The position numbers and the translations under genes were made by a program. Under the pieces are notes generated by a model. The model saw only the letters and a program-made list of their open reading frames with translations, ran no database searches and had not been told where the DNA came from. This document shows positions 41,433-56,476 of a stretch of DNA of 64,000 nt, in pieces. The DNA lies in contig CM097885.1 of assembly GCA_044892525.1 (NCBI GenBank), forward strand, positions 4,280,001 to 4,344,000, in the 5' to 3' direction. Every line of letters begins with the position of its first letter. The first letter of the stretch is position 1. Source of the DNA: Schmidtea polychroa. Taxonomy: Eukaryota.

Positions 41433-43282
41433 AACATTTATTAGTCATAATTTATATTTATCGAATTCACAGAAATTATTACAACAATTTGGTGCCTCCA
41501 GAAATCCGTAAATTTATAGAAAATCGATTGTGAAGAGAATCAGAGAATAAAGAACGTTTTATCCCTGAATGAAAAGAAATGATATTGATATGAGAAAATC
41601 TCCAATACAAATTGCCAACAGGTGGGGATTTATTTCCCAACTGAGAATTTTTTTATAAAAATTTTTATCGATTTTATTAATAGAAAATTATGTTTTTTTA
41701 AATCGATAAATAAAAATTTATAAATTTTACAATATTAATTAATGTTTTCATTATTATTATTATTATTTTTGTTTTTTTGATTTTCATTTCCAAAGTTGAA
41801 TATTTGTTAATATTAATTTATATCAATTTGATATTTCAGTAATAGAAATATCGATTTAATTGATATACAAGGCGCCAGTTGTCGATGAAATTTCAATTAC
41901 TCCACTCAGTCTTCAATCTCATTGGTTGCCAACGGTACGTCAGTGTGCCGGTCTGTATGTGTGTGTCTCTGTGTGTATCGATCGAGATTGGTGGCAATGG
42001 TTCCAGTGAAAATGAATTGCTGCTTGCTAGTGTGTATCACAGCCATTGCAGCCATGCGGGCTTTGTGTGCGTCAACAATCTCAGGCAAAATGAATTGGAA
42101 ATTTCAACGAGCTTTGTTTGCTTTGTATACAACTTGCTGTTAAAGCGATTCTGAAAAGCTTGTTTACTTTGCTAACAAAAATAATCACAAACTCAACTGT
42201 TTACAATGATAAAAATAAAATATAATATAAAAAACGTTATAATAACAATTTCACCGAATTATTGCCAATGTGTTTGTGTGCCGGTGCAAATGCTGACCAA
42301 TGAAAATTGAGCAATAATTCAAATTTACTGAATAACAACAATAAAAATTTAAATAACAATTATTAATATTGTAAACAAAGTGCTTTGATAGCCAAATAAA
42401 AATTAATAAATTTTTATTGATTTTTTTCTATGAAAAATATTCACAAAAAATTCAATAATGATGCTGCTCGCGTTTTGATTGGTTGATATTTTGGCATTGC
42501 TGAGAATGAGCAGCTGGATGGCAGGCAAAGCATTACTGAGGAAATGAAATTGGGGGGGGGGGGGGGGTCACAATTATATTGCAATTTTCAGTTATCAAAT
42601 TAGCACCCTCCATGTGTTATTTAATTCACATTTTCAATATTTTAATTTTAATTAAATTAGTTATTGAAAAATAATTATGATTATAATTTAATTACTTTCT
42701 GTGCTTTATTAAGCAGATATTATAAACTTATATTATTTGACAGAATTGAATTATTTACTTTAAAATCAACCCTCTTTCGATATTAGGCTCTCTGCCTCAA
42801 TTTAGATGGCTGCTGATTTTTCTGCTTACATAATAAATAAAAAAATAAAACACAAAAACAACAAATAGGTGGAAACAACGTTATTTACTTACAATAAATC
42901 TTAACAAATTCAAAAATAATTCTTAATTGCCTGAAAATTAATGCTGAAATGTGTATAAATTAAATATTAATGGAAAAGTAACATTGAATAAAGATCCAAT
43001 ATTTGTATGAAATTAAAGAACAGCTTTGCTAACCAACTTAATTGGCAGTTTTAATTTGTTAGCATTAATGAGTCATCTAGTTGATTTGCACACTAGCTAG
43101 AATGATATGTGACAGGCAATTCTAGCCAATCCGATCCATTGACATGAGAGTGCTGATCCTCTTGAATTTGATAAATGTTTTTCCACATCCATAAAGAATA
43201 CATGACATGAAAGAGTTACCCTTTGTTACAACATTTTTGTATTTCCTAAGTTTCTCTTTTCCAAATAGCAAATTTATTGGTA

Positions 43283-43565
43283 TTTCCGTGTTATCTTACC
43301 CCCAAAAATTAAATTATAAAATACAATTAAAATAACAATATAAAAAATGAGAGAATACATTATTGATGACGTTATTGAACATGAATTTATTAAGGCTATC
43401 TGTGATTTATGTGATTATGTGAGTTTATGTGGCGCAAACGTGGATGACCATTTACAAACTCTTTACAAACATTTACTGAGTTTGTAACTGTGATTTAGAA
43501 AATAAATATAATAATTATGTGTGTTCTTTTTTAATTTAATTTTTGGGGGTAAGATAACACGGAAG
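43283..43565. mobile_element. Tc1/mariner-type MITE
   Basis: ~33-bp TIR (Y)TTCCGTGTTATCTTACCCCCAAAAATTAAATTA; TA flanks within a palindromic TTGG-TA / TA-CCAA site. Confidence 0.92.
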
Positions 43566-45562
43566 TACCAATTTCTTAATAATTGGCATGAATGTTGTAA
43601 AGCTAACACTAAATAAAATGGAAAGGCAATGCAAAGATATTTTGAGATCAACTTCAACAGGTTTTGTTGATAAATATATAATGTTACCCCCAATTGACAC
43701 AAATAAAGCAAATAACAAAACTGATTAGCCCAAAAATACGTATCAAAATCGTAATATTTTGTCAATTTGTTTTAAACTTAAAATTCTATGCTGCCTTGAT
43801 TTGGGCCTCAGATATCATGTATCCGTTGGATTTCCCATTTGCGTGACTCTAGGAAAGGTATCCGTATTATATAAACAATGCGGATCTGACTAATGACTGG
43901 CGCAATTGCTTGATGGAGGACCTGAATCTTTTGGTTGACAATTGAAATTAATCTAAATAAACAACATTACACAAATTATTCATTTTTTATAAATAGAACG
44001 CATTTCAAATGACGCACAAAACAGATTTTACGCTTTAGTGGGATTCATTCGGGCAAAGTGGCGGTCAAGTAGGTGGTACTGAGGCGCCATTATTGTAAAT
44101 GGTGAGGGTGAAAATGCTTTATAGCGTTTTCATACATTTTTGTCAGCCGGTTTGCACTTATTTTTCAGTTGCATATGTTTATTCTCTTCGATGCTATAAG
44201 TAGACAGGGGCCCGGAGAAACATTTGAGATATCTAGCTGGCAAACGAGATTAAACTGTTGTCTTTTCAGGTTTTGAACGCTCAAACAACCTGACGGGTGA
44301 TGTTTGTTAAATTTTCTAGGTGCAACATATTCGTAGTGGGAAAGATTAACCCTAATGTTCCCAACCAATGTGTTGAAAGTAGTTAATATAGCTGAAGGAT
44401 GTTTATTTATTAGAACTAATCAAAAATTAATTAAAAAATTAAATGATTTTTTTTCAAAAAACTTGTGTGTTTATCCAGCTGTTTATCTTGATTTGGAAAA
44501 ATCAACAAAACAAATGAGAATTTTTTTTATATTGTTTCGTTTAATTATTAATTCAATATTAACACAAATTAATCAATAAAAATCATTCAATCCATATGTG
44601 CACAATTTTCAGTGCAATATTTCTCATAGTTTATTTGATTTCTCCTATTTTAATTAAATTTTTATAAATTTATTTTTACAAATCAAATTTATCGGATTTT
44701 CACTGACAAAAATCCGGTGAAAAAAATCGATGGAATTTTTGTCATTAAAAATTCTCATATTTAATCACATCGCCATTATCAATCTCAACAATCTGACAGC
44801 CGTGAAACTGATTGAGTGACTGTGTGTATGCATGTGTGTGTGCGGTGCTTATGAGTGGCTGTGTGTGCGCGGTGCTTATGAGTGGCTGTGTGTATGTGCA
44901 CTTATGTGTGTGAGTGCACGCGTGATGTGCTGTGGCAATACTTTGTGAATAAAAAATGCACTTGATAAAATATTAAAATAAAAACAAGTTATTTGAGTTC
45001 AATAGTTGTGAAATAAAATTCAAAATTTATGAGATTAAAATAAAATTTTATTGAAATTCCAGATGGGCAATTGACGAGAGAGGAAAATCGAATCTGCACA
45101 TTAAAATTGAGCGCTGAATTCTCATTTTCTAGATAAAGAAATGCGATTAATGACAATGCCCCTTCTAGTTGTCGACTTCACTATTAGTTTAACAAAGCAA
45201 CCACTTTGTCCCGGTTGAGAGTTCCAGCTGTGCCGTCTGTATGCGGGACTCTTGTGTAGGAGACCTAGAAAATGTATGTCAATAATGAATTTTATATTTC
45301 TTTTCTCTTATTTCCATCCTAATTCTGTCTTTCTTTCTCCCTCTCTCTCTCTCCATCTCGCTCTGTCAGTCTATCAGTTGAATTTACAACGCGATAACTC
45401 ATTATCAATTTATATGTAAATATACATACATATGTAAATATATTTATATACAAGTTTTGAAATCTGTATACGCTTCAATGCACTCATGTTTCACGTCTCT
45501 ACACCTCTAATATATGAAATTTATTGTTCCTTTATGTTCCATTACTGCCTAATTTAATGCAT

Positions 45563-46939
<1,377 letters not shown>

Positions 46940-47957
46940 GAACATTATAAAGAAAAATAATTTAAATTGTTTTCATGATAATTTGTATTATTTTCTCAGT
47001 TTATCTGATATGAAAATGTAATAAAAATATAATAAATGCATAATTATGTGCACAATGACATTATATTGATTATTGATTATTCTATCGATTTCTGCACATA
47101 AGACACAAGGGTAAGGTGAAGGTCACAAACATTTCCCAAAAATCAAAATCACGCACAGAAAGATGTATAAAATGAAAGTTGTCAGTGAGTATTTCTGAAT
47201 AATTCTTTTAATGTATCCCATTCGATCTTCACCTTAATTAAATAAAATTAATCTCCCAATAATCTTGTCATTTTCCTCTACTGAAGTCCACCTTTAACCG
47301 TAACAACTGGCATCAAAGTCAACAAATCTTATTGATAAATATGTTAAAGAAAGCAAATTTATTAGCCTAGAAATCCCATAAAAAATCCTGAGCCGGAAAA
47401 TGTGCGAAAAATGATCCGATAATTCGAAGCCAGTGATGCCATTTGCTCCCATTTCCTGTACTAATTTACTGGAATAAAAAACAATGAAGCTTGCTAATAA
47501 TTATCGGAAATTCGAGAATGAAAATACAGAAAATCCCCCCCCCCCCAATCCATTGATTACTATGACAATAATATTTACCAACTGTCTAGAATAGCGAATT
47601 AATCAATAAGCACTGTGCAAACTGTGCAATAAGCATAGTCAATCAAGCAATCAGCGATGCGAGCAACAAAAGGTAAATTCAACTGTTTCACAAAGGTTAT
47701 GTAATAGGTGATGTGACAGTATGTGTGTATATATATATGTGTGTGTGTCCATGCATATGTGGCCCGCGTTTGCGTATTTGATGGTTGATTTATTGTCATT
47801 TAATTGCAGATAACAATGGATAAATTATTGTTTTCATGATGTAATTCTTTTACTTTTGTTTTTCTGAGAATTTTCACCAGACATTTCCAGTTGTCAAGGA
47901 AACGAAATTAGTAAATTTTGTGCACAAATTTTCGGCAGTTTAATCATGGAGTGTATG

Positions 47958-48014
<57 letters not shown>

Positions 48015-48339
48015 ATCCTATTGTCGGACAAATTAAATTGATTTCATAGACAATTTAATCAATAAGCACACTGATATATGTGCTTTCATGCAGATTGATA
48101 AATAGTAATGAATTTATTATCACAATTATATTGTTATTATAATTTTATTTTTACTTTCATTTTTATTTTATTTTTATTTTTATTTTTATTATTTTATTAT
48201 TATTTTTTTTAATTATTATTATTATTATATTTTATTATTAAATTCCGAAATACCCAGTTAAACAATTGATTTAATCGAATTTATATTTTACTGTGAAATA
48301 AATTTATTAATTATAAAAATAAGCATGCTAAAAATAATC

Positions 48340-48621
<282 letters not shown>

Positions 48622-50157
48622 AAAATAGCAAATGTTTCAATATTAATAGGTGAAGTAAAAATTAATTAACTGAAAAATTTTCATCATCTTGATGAAATAA
48701 ATTTCATATTAAATCTAAAATTTATTTGGTTTCCGTCAAGCCTTAGAGAAAATTAATTAAAATGATGGATTAATAATAAATATTGATTATCTGTGAGAAA
48801 TGCTAATCAATAACACAATTGATGCGTCGATATCGATTATTGGATTCTCAGACAATCTTCCTAGCAACTCTACGATTCCATTTAATCGATGTTTCCAAGG
48901 AAATTGCGGTAGCATTGAATCAGATGACGTCATTGGAATTAATCGATAAGTTCTACGATTATCGGCATTGTCAAGTCCGGGAACAATGGCGTTTTATTGC
49001 AACAACAAGCAAATTGAAAAATTCAATTGATGTAATCATTAAGTAAACAAATTAGAATTCGGTAAACAAATAATCAATATTTACATGAATCAACAATACA
49101 AAATGGAATTTGTCTCGATAAAGACAAAATTAAAAATCATGATTCAACTATGTTGAAACTGATCCCAATCTCTATGACGACAATGTTACTCATCCCCCCC
49201 CTTCCTCTCCTATCCCCTCCCCAGATGTTGCCTGAGTCACTGTTTCATGTCCATGAACAATGTCAATTATTCTTTCAATCGATATTTTCTATTGACTTTT
49301 GCCTATAGGAATTCTATTAAAATCAATTGGCGTTGTAGAATAATCAGGCTTATTCAGTAGTCTGTGGGGAATGGGGGAATGGGTAAATGTTATTCATTAT
49401 CAGCTGCAGACAAGTATAATGAACTGGGAGAGGATGTGAGAGGGGGGGGGGTATTATGTTATTGATTACTCTGTGTTATAATTGCCTCATTTATTGATGA
49501 GAATAGGGTAACTTATCGATACATGAGTGCACAATCGCTGTGCACATATTTACACGTGAAGGGTGCAAATATAAATTATAAATTATAATATTATTTACAA
49601 GATTTTGAAATTCGATACTTGGGTAATTAAATTTACAATTGAACCTTGGATTTGGTTTCGTCACCACTTTTGAATGTGACTGGAATTTGTTCTGTTATTC
49701 ACCTTGAACTGTGTTGAGACTTTAATTTCACATAATTTTTACTTGTCCATTTGTAAAGGTGGAGTCAATTGATGGGTCCAAATCTCGGATGCCAGAGGGA
49801 GGTAGGGAGGGGTGACTGATATATTACATATAATATTTAATGACTCTCCCCATTAAATGATGTGCCAATATTATAACAATCGGGATTATCATAATAAATA
49901 TTTTATTAGTTATTATTCAAACCTCGTAAAATAAACAAAATTTCAACCCGTCATTTTGCTAGCAGAAAGGAAGAATGAGTTGGCGTAAATAATTATATTT
50001 CCCCAAGTGCTGTCTATTTTCCTGGCATTTATAAAAATGCAAATAATGCTTTAAATATCGAATAAAATGTGTCAGGTCATTGTTATTCATGTGCAATCGA
50101 TTCCATGGCACCGTCACTCTCTATGACTCACAGACAATAATGGAGTTATTATTCTAT

Positions 50158-50375
<218 letters not shown>

Positions 50376-51613
50376 TAATGTCTGCTTTAAATATTTCAAT
50401 CAAAATTTTTTGGATATTTTGGAGTGACCGCAATTTAGGGGGCTTTGCAGTAATAATTTACATAGGAATTTAGGTGAGTCTTTATTCTATTTGAAGGGTA
50501 ACAATAACTCAGGCTGTGCTGCTTCACATGGATTCAATTGACACTGTGCAATCTAAATGTCGAGTTTATACACAAATATCATGAATTCACAAAGAATTAT
50601 GCTTATAAAGGTTATACCCTTAACAATATCTTAGTATTGAAACTCATGATTCTTTATAGACAATTGTGGGGGGGGGGTTACCACTGAATCACTAAATTTC
50701 AACACATGTATGCATAAATAACAGCCTAATCCTAATCACAGTCTCAGAAGCAGTCATCAACAGCATGAACCCCCCCCCCCCGCCCCCTCCCCATCAAAAT
50801 AGCTAATCCGTTATAATAAAAATCACCGAAATTTCATCCCAAAAACAGATGACGAGTGAAAAATGAGAAATTTCCCCTACACACGAATTGCTATGAATGA
50901 AAATGTTGAATTCACCATCGTCATTACACCGGGAAATGGGCAAATTCTCATTGCGCGCACACACACACACACATTCCCAGTAAATGCTTTCATTTAGGAT
51001 TTCGCAATTTTTACGCAGGACAAAAATAAAGTAGCAAAAATAATTTTTCTCGTCTAAAAAATTCCAATTTTTGACTAAATTTTTTTTTACCGATTTATAT
51101 CTAAGTTAGATAATCAAGGAAAATTTTCCAATTTATCAAACTTTCTGATGACGTAATAAATTTGCGTGTTGAAAATGATTAGCAAAATTGTAAAAGACAA
51201 TTGTTAGAATTAGTAATTGATATTGATTATCAATAAATTATGATAATTATTGATTTAAATAAATAAATTAATGATTTATTAGAGGTGCAACCAATTGACA
51301 GGCGCCCGTAATGTGCTCCAATAATTCTATGAATCACAATCAATAAACCCATTCAAATAGGAATTTGATTTTTATGTGAAATTTTTCGTGCCTCCTTTAA
51401 TATAATCCCAACGGTGACCGTGCTATAGATAATTTAATTTTAATTTTATTTAGACATTTATAAATTCTAACGTAAATAAATATTGAAAAAAATTAAATTA
51501 TAGAACAATAATTCAGTTATAACAAAATCACAGCGGGGGCGACAATATTCAGGAAGCAATTAATTAATTTTAATTTCCTTTTGCACTTCGACTTTTTATT
51601 GACAAATTTAATC

Positions 51614-51685
<72 letters not shown>

Positions 51686-51732
51686 TTAATAATAATAATA
51701 ATATTAATAATAATAATAATATTAATAATAAT

Positions 51733-51823
<91 letters not shown>

Positions 51824-51837
51824 TTAATAATAATAAT

Positions 51838-51894
<57 letters not shown>
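51614..51894. repeat. (AAT)n microsatellite
   Basis: Direct reading. Confidence 0.98.
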
Positions 51895-51895
<1 letters not shown>

Positions 51896-53194
51896 TATAA
51901 GTTCGATTTCAATCGGTGCCAATCGATTTATCTGTTAGGCATTAATCAAGTCCCGAGGGTTTGTGATTTACATTTTCATGTAACAAAATGAAACACACAG
52001 GCACATTCACACACACACACATGCAGACAAGCACTGAAAAATCGATAATTTAATTGATAAATTCACTTTGCACTCAATAATTGAAATCAATTACAAATGC
52101 GTACAAATGTAAACTCTCAATTTAATGAGCAACGTGAAATATTTGACAAAAAATTTTATTTTTCACCGACAAAAATCAAAAAAAAAAAAAACTCATTAAC
52201 TAAATCGAGTAGAAATTTTTGCAATAAAATTCTCCGTCCAATCAAATGATTGGAAAATATTTATTTTGTCAATAAATGATAAACGAGATTCAAATTCAAT
52301 TAAATTACAAAAAAAAAATTTTTTTTCATTTTAATTTTAGTTTTTTAAATCTCGACAGATTTTTTTTCTCATTTATTGAGATTTTATTTATTTTTCTACC
52401 AGCTGCTTTTATTTCTCTCGAATCAATAAAAAATTTAATCAATTATCTAATTGAATTGATAATAAATAAAAAACAAATTAATTAATTAATCGATCGATAA
52501 CACACCGGGAATTGTGAGAATAAATATTTACTTATATAATGATAAATAAAAAAAAAGAAAATTTTTTTTTCCCTCGTAATTTTTTGGTCAAACTTTTCTT
52601 AAACGAAAAGAAGAAGATTTTCGTTGCATACAACTCCGGCATTGTTGGGGATAAATTCTATAAATCGGTTTGTGTGTTGATTTATTATTTTGACGGGGTG
52701 GATTACAATTGGGATGGCCCGACGGGGGGGGGGCATATTTTCAGAATTATTTTTATTATTTTTTTATTTTTTTCTATATTGATTTCGATTGGTAACGAAA
52801 CATTTTCAAATAGTGCAAAAATCAATTTGATTTATTTTAATTGATGTATTTAATAAATGTTTGTTTTCTAAATTAATTATTAAAAATACTATTTAATCCC
52901 TTTGAGAGGTTTTATTTACCCAGCTCGCTATAATCAACGGATTACGTAACTAAACTTAACAACTCATTTATTGGTGTAATAAATCGTCTGATTACGTAAT
53001 CAAATTGATATTTAAATCTATATTAAGCGAATTTTTAAATCGATAATTAATCAATTTTGTAAGTGAAATTTTTTACTAATAATCTTTAAAAATTAATTTA
53101 AAAATTAACAAAATTTTTTTTAACATTATTAACTTATTTATTTACTCGCTGGATAAAGACTTTTTCAAATGGGTTTTTTAAATACGTGTTCAAA

Positions 53195-53340
53195 TAATGC
53201 CACACACACAAGCACACACACGCACGCACATAGCCACACTGGATTGTGCATGCATACACACACACAGTATCATTGATCGAAAGTCTGGTTAGCCAATCGG
53301 ATTCGAGCAATAAAGATTAGCATACAGGCTAGCTAAGTTG
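53195..53340 (+). promoter_or_regulatory. Candidate proximal regulatory region: CA-rich tract plus CCAAT box (AGCCAATCGG)
   Basis: Higher-complexity island 200-350 bp upstream of the ATG containing an NF-Y-type CCAAT at ~53291-53300; function is inferred. Confidence 0.3.
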
Positions 53341-53538
53341 CTTTGTCTAAATTATTTATTTTAGATTCAAGTTGTAATATGAAATGTTGAAAATGAATCT
53401 TATTATTAGAAATTTATATTAAACGATTTTTTTTACTATATAAATTTTTCAAGCAGGATTTTTTATTTTTAATTCCAATTTCTTTAGAAACTTTTTCGTT
53501 AAATCGCTTGGAATTTTTTCAATCTCTATCTGGTAATA

Positions 53539-54123
53539 ATGCTGATGCAAAAACATTCGCCAAACAATAACAATAATAATAATAATAATAATAACAACAA
53601 TAAGATTACCGAAAACGAAGACGTCAATTCCAATTCATCTCATTCGAATGGTGGTAATTTCTTTGCCGGCCGAAATGCTTCTATTGCCGGATCGGAATGC
53701 AACGATGACAAATCGAATGATGCTTGTAGTAGTGGAGATGAATCCCATGAACAGGATAATGCTGAACAGGAGAATCAGACTTCTTTCATTGACAGCACGA
53801 ATCGAGATCGGTTTAAGTTGTCAGCGAAAAAAAAGAAAAAGAAAACAGTGAAAGTGAAATTTTCCGGCAGTCAGGATGATAAAGCTGGAATTAAGTTGAA
53901 AATCCGACGGACGAACAATTTCAATCAAGATGAAAATCATGTCATTGTCGATCCGGCAGATCAACAGAGAAAGAGGCATTTAAAAAACAAACGAAACAAA
54001 CCCGATTCGCAAGATTTGGGGGGATTTAAAACCAAAACCCAACTGGAAGAGGTGTCGAATACCGTGACGAGCGATGACAGTCTTCCACACAAACGCAGCC
54101 GGGCCGATTCAGGGGAAGACATG
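53539..54123 (+). CDS. ZNF608/609-like: Coding exon 1 of ZNF608/609-like gene
   Basis: ORF from ATG 53539 with basic NLS-like runs (KKKKKK, KLKIRR); ends ATG|GTGAGT (canonical donor, phase 0). Confidence 0.85.
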
Positions 54124-56245
54124 GTGAGTCGGAAATGAGGTGTGTTTTAGGGATAAGATGTAATTGTTGATTAGATTTCAAAAGTGTCTGTCGGTGTAAA
54201 CACAGTTTCAAAAGGCACAGAAATCGATGAAACGGTTCTTGGACCATGTCAAGCCGGATCGAAGCTGACTTTGGAAAGTGTCGTTTTAATGGAAACGAAA
54301 TCCGGTTGGTTTTGAATGAAATCGGAATTAATCGAGTTTTAATATTGATTTTCAAGGGATATTGATTGTCAGTGTGCAATGGAGAGGCAAAACCTTGATG
54401 GGAGCTTTAATGGAATCAGAAAGGTTTCAAATTGGCACTTTGTGAGTATTGATTTTGTCATGGGATTGATTTTCATCTTTATTGATTTGTTTCTACAATT
54501 TTATTGATTTCCATTTCAAATTATTATTTTCTATCGATTTTTTATTGGTTGAGAAATATTATTGATTTATCTTTATCATTTTCGATTTTTTTTTTTTCAA
54601 ATGAAAAATTATATTGAAATCGATCTATATTTTTTTTAGAGAAAAAGATAGCATTTATAGGAGAGAGAAATTCATGGGAATGAATCGAAGGAATACGAGA
54701 AGGAAATCGAAAAACCTTTTCGGTAAAAAGAAGCGCAAAACTGCAACGCCCCTCGATCCGAATGATGTGGGGGGCACGGAGAATGAAGCTGGAAATAGTG
54801 ATGTCGATAATCCTTATATTTGTGATAAAGAGTACTGTCACATGAAATTCTCGGATTTCCAAGCTTTGAGGATCCATATTTATCAGAACCATCGAAACAA
54901 AGATAATTCCTGTGTCAAAGACGAGCCGAGTGTGAAAATTGAATCGACTGTTGTTATAAAATCTGAACCGACCTCGATTGGAAATGTTTACTTATCGCCA
55001 GATAATCCTTTCAATCCATTGTTTAAATCTCTCAGACTGACCGATTGTAAACCGAACGATTTGTTGCGATCAGAATCCGGGCTTCAATTGACGGGCGTTA
55101 GAAACCGACCGAGCCCGCTTCCGGAGGTGATCAATGCAAACCATCAGTCAGAAGAACGCAACAGTTTCAGTCCAGCATATTCCGATATCAGTGACGCTAA
55201 TGAGGCGCCTGTGCTGGAGAACGAAGCAGAATTAAAACTTCCATCAGCAGCATCTCAGCCTCCCTTGAATTTGTCTCTCTGTCATACCCCATCGATCCAT
55301 GCAGCTAACAGATTATTCTCCCCAACTGCACCGGCATTGCAACCAGAAGGTCTCTGCTCAGGACCGCCTTTATCGAATTTGCGTTTGACGCACGACACAA
55401 AACTGTCGCATTTGACTGCAGCGTATGGGAATCGTTATCAGGAATCGTCACTCTTTACCAATGGATATCTCCAGTTATCCAGTAACAATAATAACAATTT
55501 CAAGCCACAAAATGGGGTTCATTCAGTACATTCATGTTCAGGGCCGCCCGCTGCTGCTAGTGCTGGTGCTGGTGCTGCTCCCTTTCATTCAGATAATGCC
55601 GTTAATCATAATTCCATAAATGCAATTCAGGATCTCTCAATGAACAGTCCGCTGAACCTATTCACAAACAAGACCAATAGTAGTAGTAGTAGTAATAATA
55701 ATAATCATAATAATAATCATCCAACAACCGTGTCAGCCACCCCGCTGAAATATTCAATTCACAACCACTCTAATAATCACCACAAAACTGCACCGAACAA
55801 CAATAACTGCATTAATAACAATAACAATAATAAGCCCGCTCTCCATCAGGCCCGGTATCATTCACTGCATTCATCATCACATGGTGGATCCCATCACACA
55901 GCGGCACCGCCACAGCTGCAGCCGCCACAGCCACAGCCACAGCCACAGCCGCCATCTCATCCTCATTCACATCATACGCATTCCACCAGTAATGGCTACC
56001 TGCCATCAAATAACAATTCCAAATATCAAAACGCTGTCTCATCAACCTCAGCATCAATGAATAGCAATCATTCAGACAATAACGGCCACCACCAGAACAA
56101 CAGCAGCAGCAGCATTAGTAGTAGTATCAGTTCCAATCAGTTACCCCTTAATGGGGTCCTAACTCATCCGCCCTATCTGTCTTTCGCTACCCCAGTCAAC
56201 AGTCCGCCCCCAAAATTCAGTAAGTTCTCTCCCAATTATCATTGA
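53539..56245 (+). CDS. ZNF608/609-like: ZNF608/ZNF609 (brakeless/scribbler)-family zinc-finger transcriptional co-regulator; join(53539..54123,54175..54304,54357..54441,54640..56245), 801 aa
   Basis: Spliced frame is continuous: 2406 nt, GT-AG introns of 51, 52 and 198 nt, phases 0/1/2 all match. An in-frame TAA at 53500-53502 lies upstream of the ATG. Family motifs: GIKLKIRRT; SVGVNT...LGPCQAGSKLTLESVVLMETKSG-ILIVSVQWRGKTLMGALM (cf. [41 protein letters not shown]); single C2H2 finger at 54815-54892; SPAYSDISD at 55169-55195; low-complexity N/H/S/P tail. Confidence 0.9.
54175..54304 (+). CDS. ZNF608/609-like: Coding exon 2 (conserved domain, N-half)
   Basis: ttgattag| acceptor; encodes ISKVSVGVNTVSKGTEIDETVLGPCQAGSKLTLESVVLMETKS; donor G|GTTGGT, phase 1. 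Confidence 0.85.
54357..54441 (+). CDS. ZNF608/609-like: Coding exon 3 (conserved domain, C-half)
   Basis: ttttcaag| acceptor; encodes (G)ILIVSVQWRGKTLMGALMESERFQIGT; donor TT|GTGAGT, phase 2. Confidence 0.85.
54640..56245 (+). CDS. ZNF608/609-like: Terminal coding exon 4 (C2H2 finger, SPAYSDISD motif)
   Basis: tttttttag| acceptor in phase 2 matching exon 3; YICDKEYCHMKFSDFQALRIHIYQNH finger; stop TGA ends at 56245. Confidence 0.92.
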
Positions 56246-56470
56246 TGATTATTTTATCTCGAATTTTACCTCATTTCAGACCCTTCTCTCTCTCTCTACC
56301 ATCAGTCGAAGTATTGAATCTGTAGCTCTCCCCTCTCTCTCTCTCTCTCTCTCTCGCTACCGTACCGTATCACATTTGGTCTCTTGTAGTAAAATAGAAA
56401 CGAAAAATCGTGTTGTGACAAACCCAGCAAAATTTTCAGTCGTCTTGTACAAAAATGCTTTTATTCGTGG

Positions 56471-56476
56471 AATAAA
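56471..56476 (+). terminator. Candidate polyadenylation signal (AATAAA)
   Basis: First AATAAA after the stop codon and the (CT)n tract; the hexamer is common in AT-rich DNA, so support is weak. Confidence 0.3.

Noticed and set aside
54614..54639. ORF-track start of a separate 543-aa protein at 54614
   Set aside because: The start is a TTG within the intron's 3' end; the exon begins at 54640 after TTTTTTTAG and joins the upstream exons.
53648..56057. Alternative-frame and antisense ORFs over the gene (53648-53851, 54026-54379, 54542-54892, 55425-55619, 55812-56057)
   Set aside because: Shadows of the real CDS with no independent motifs.
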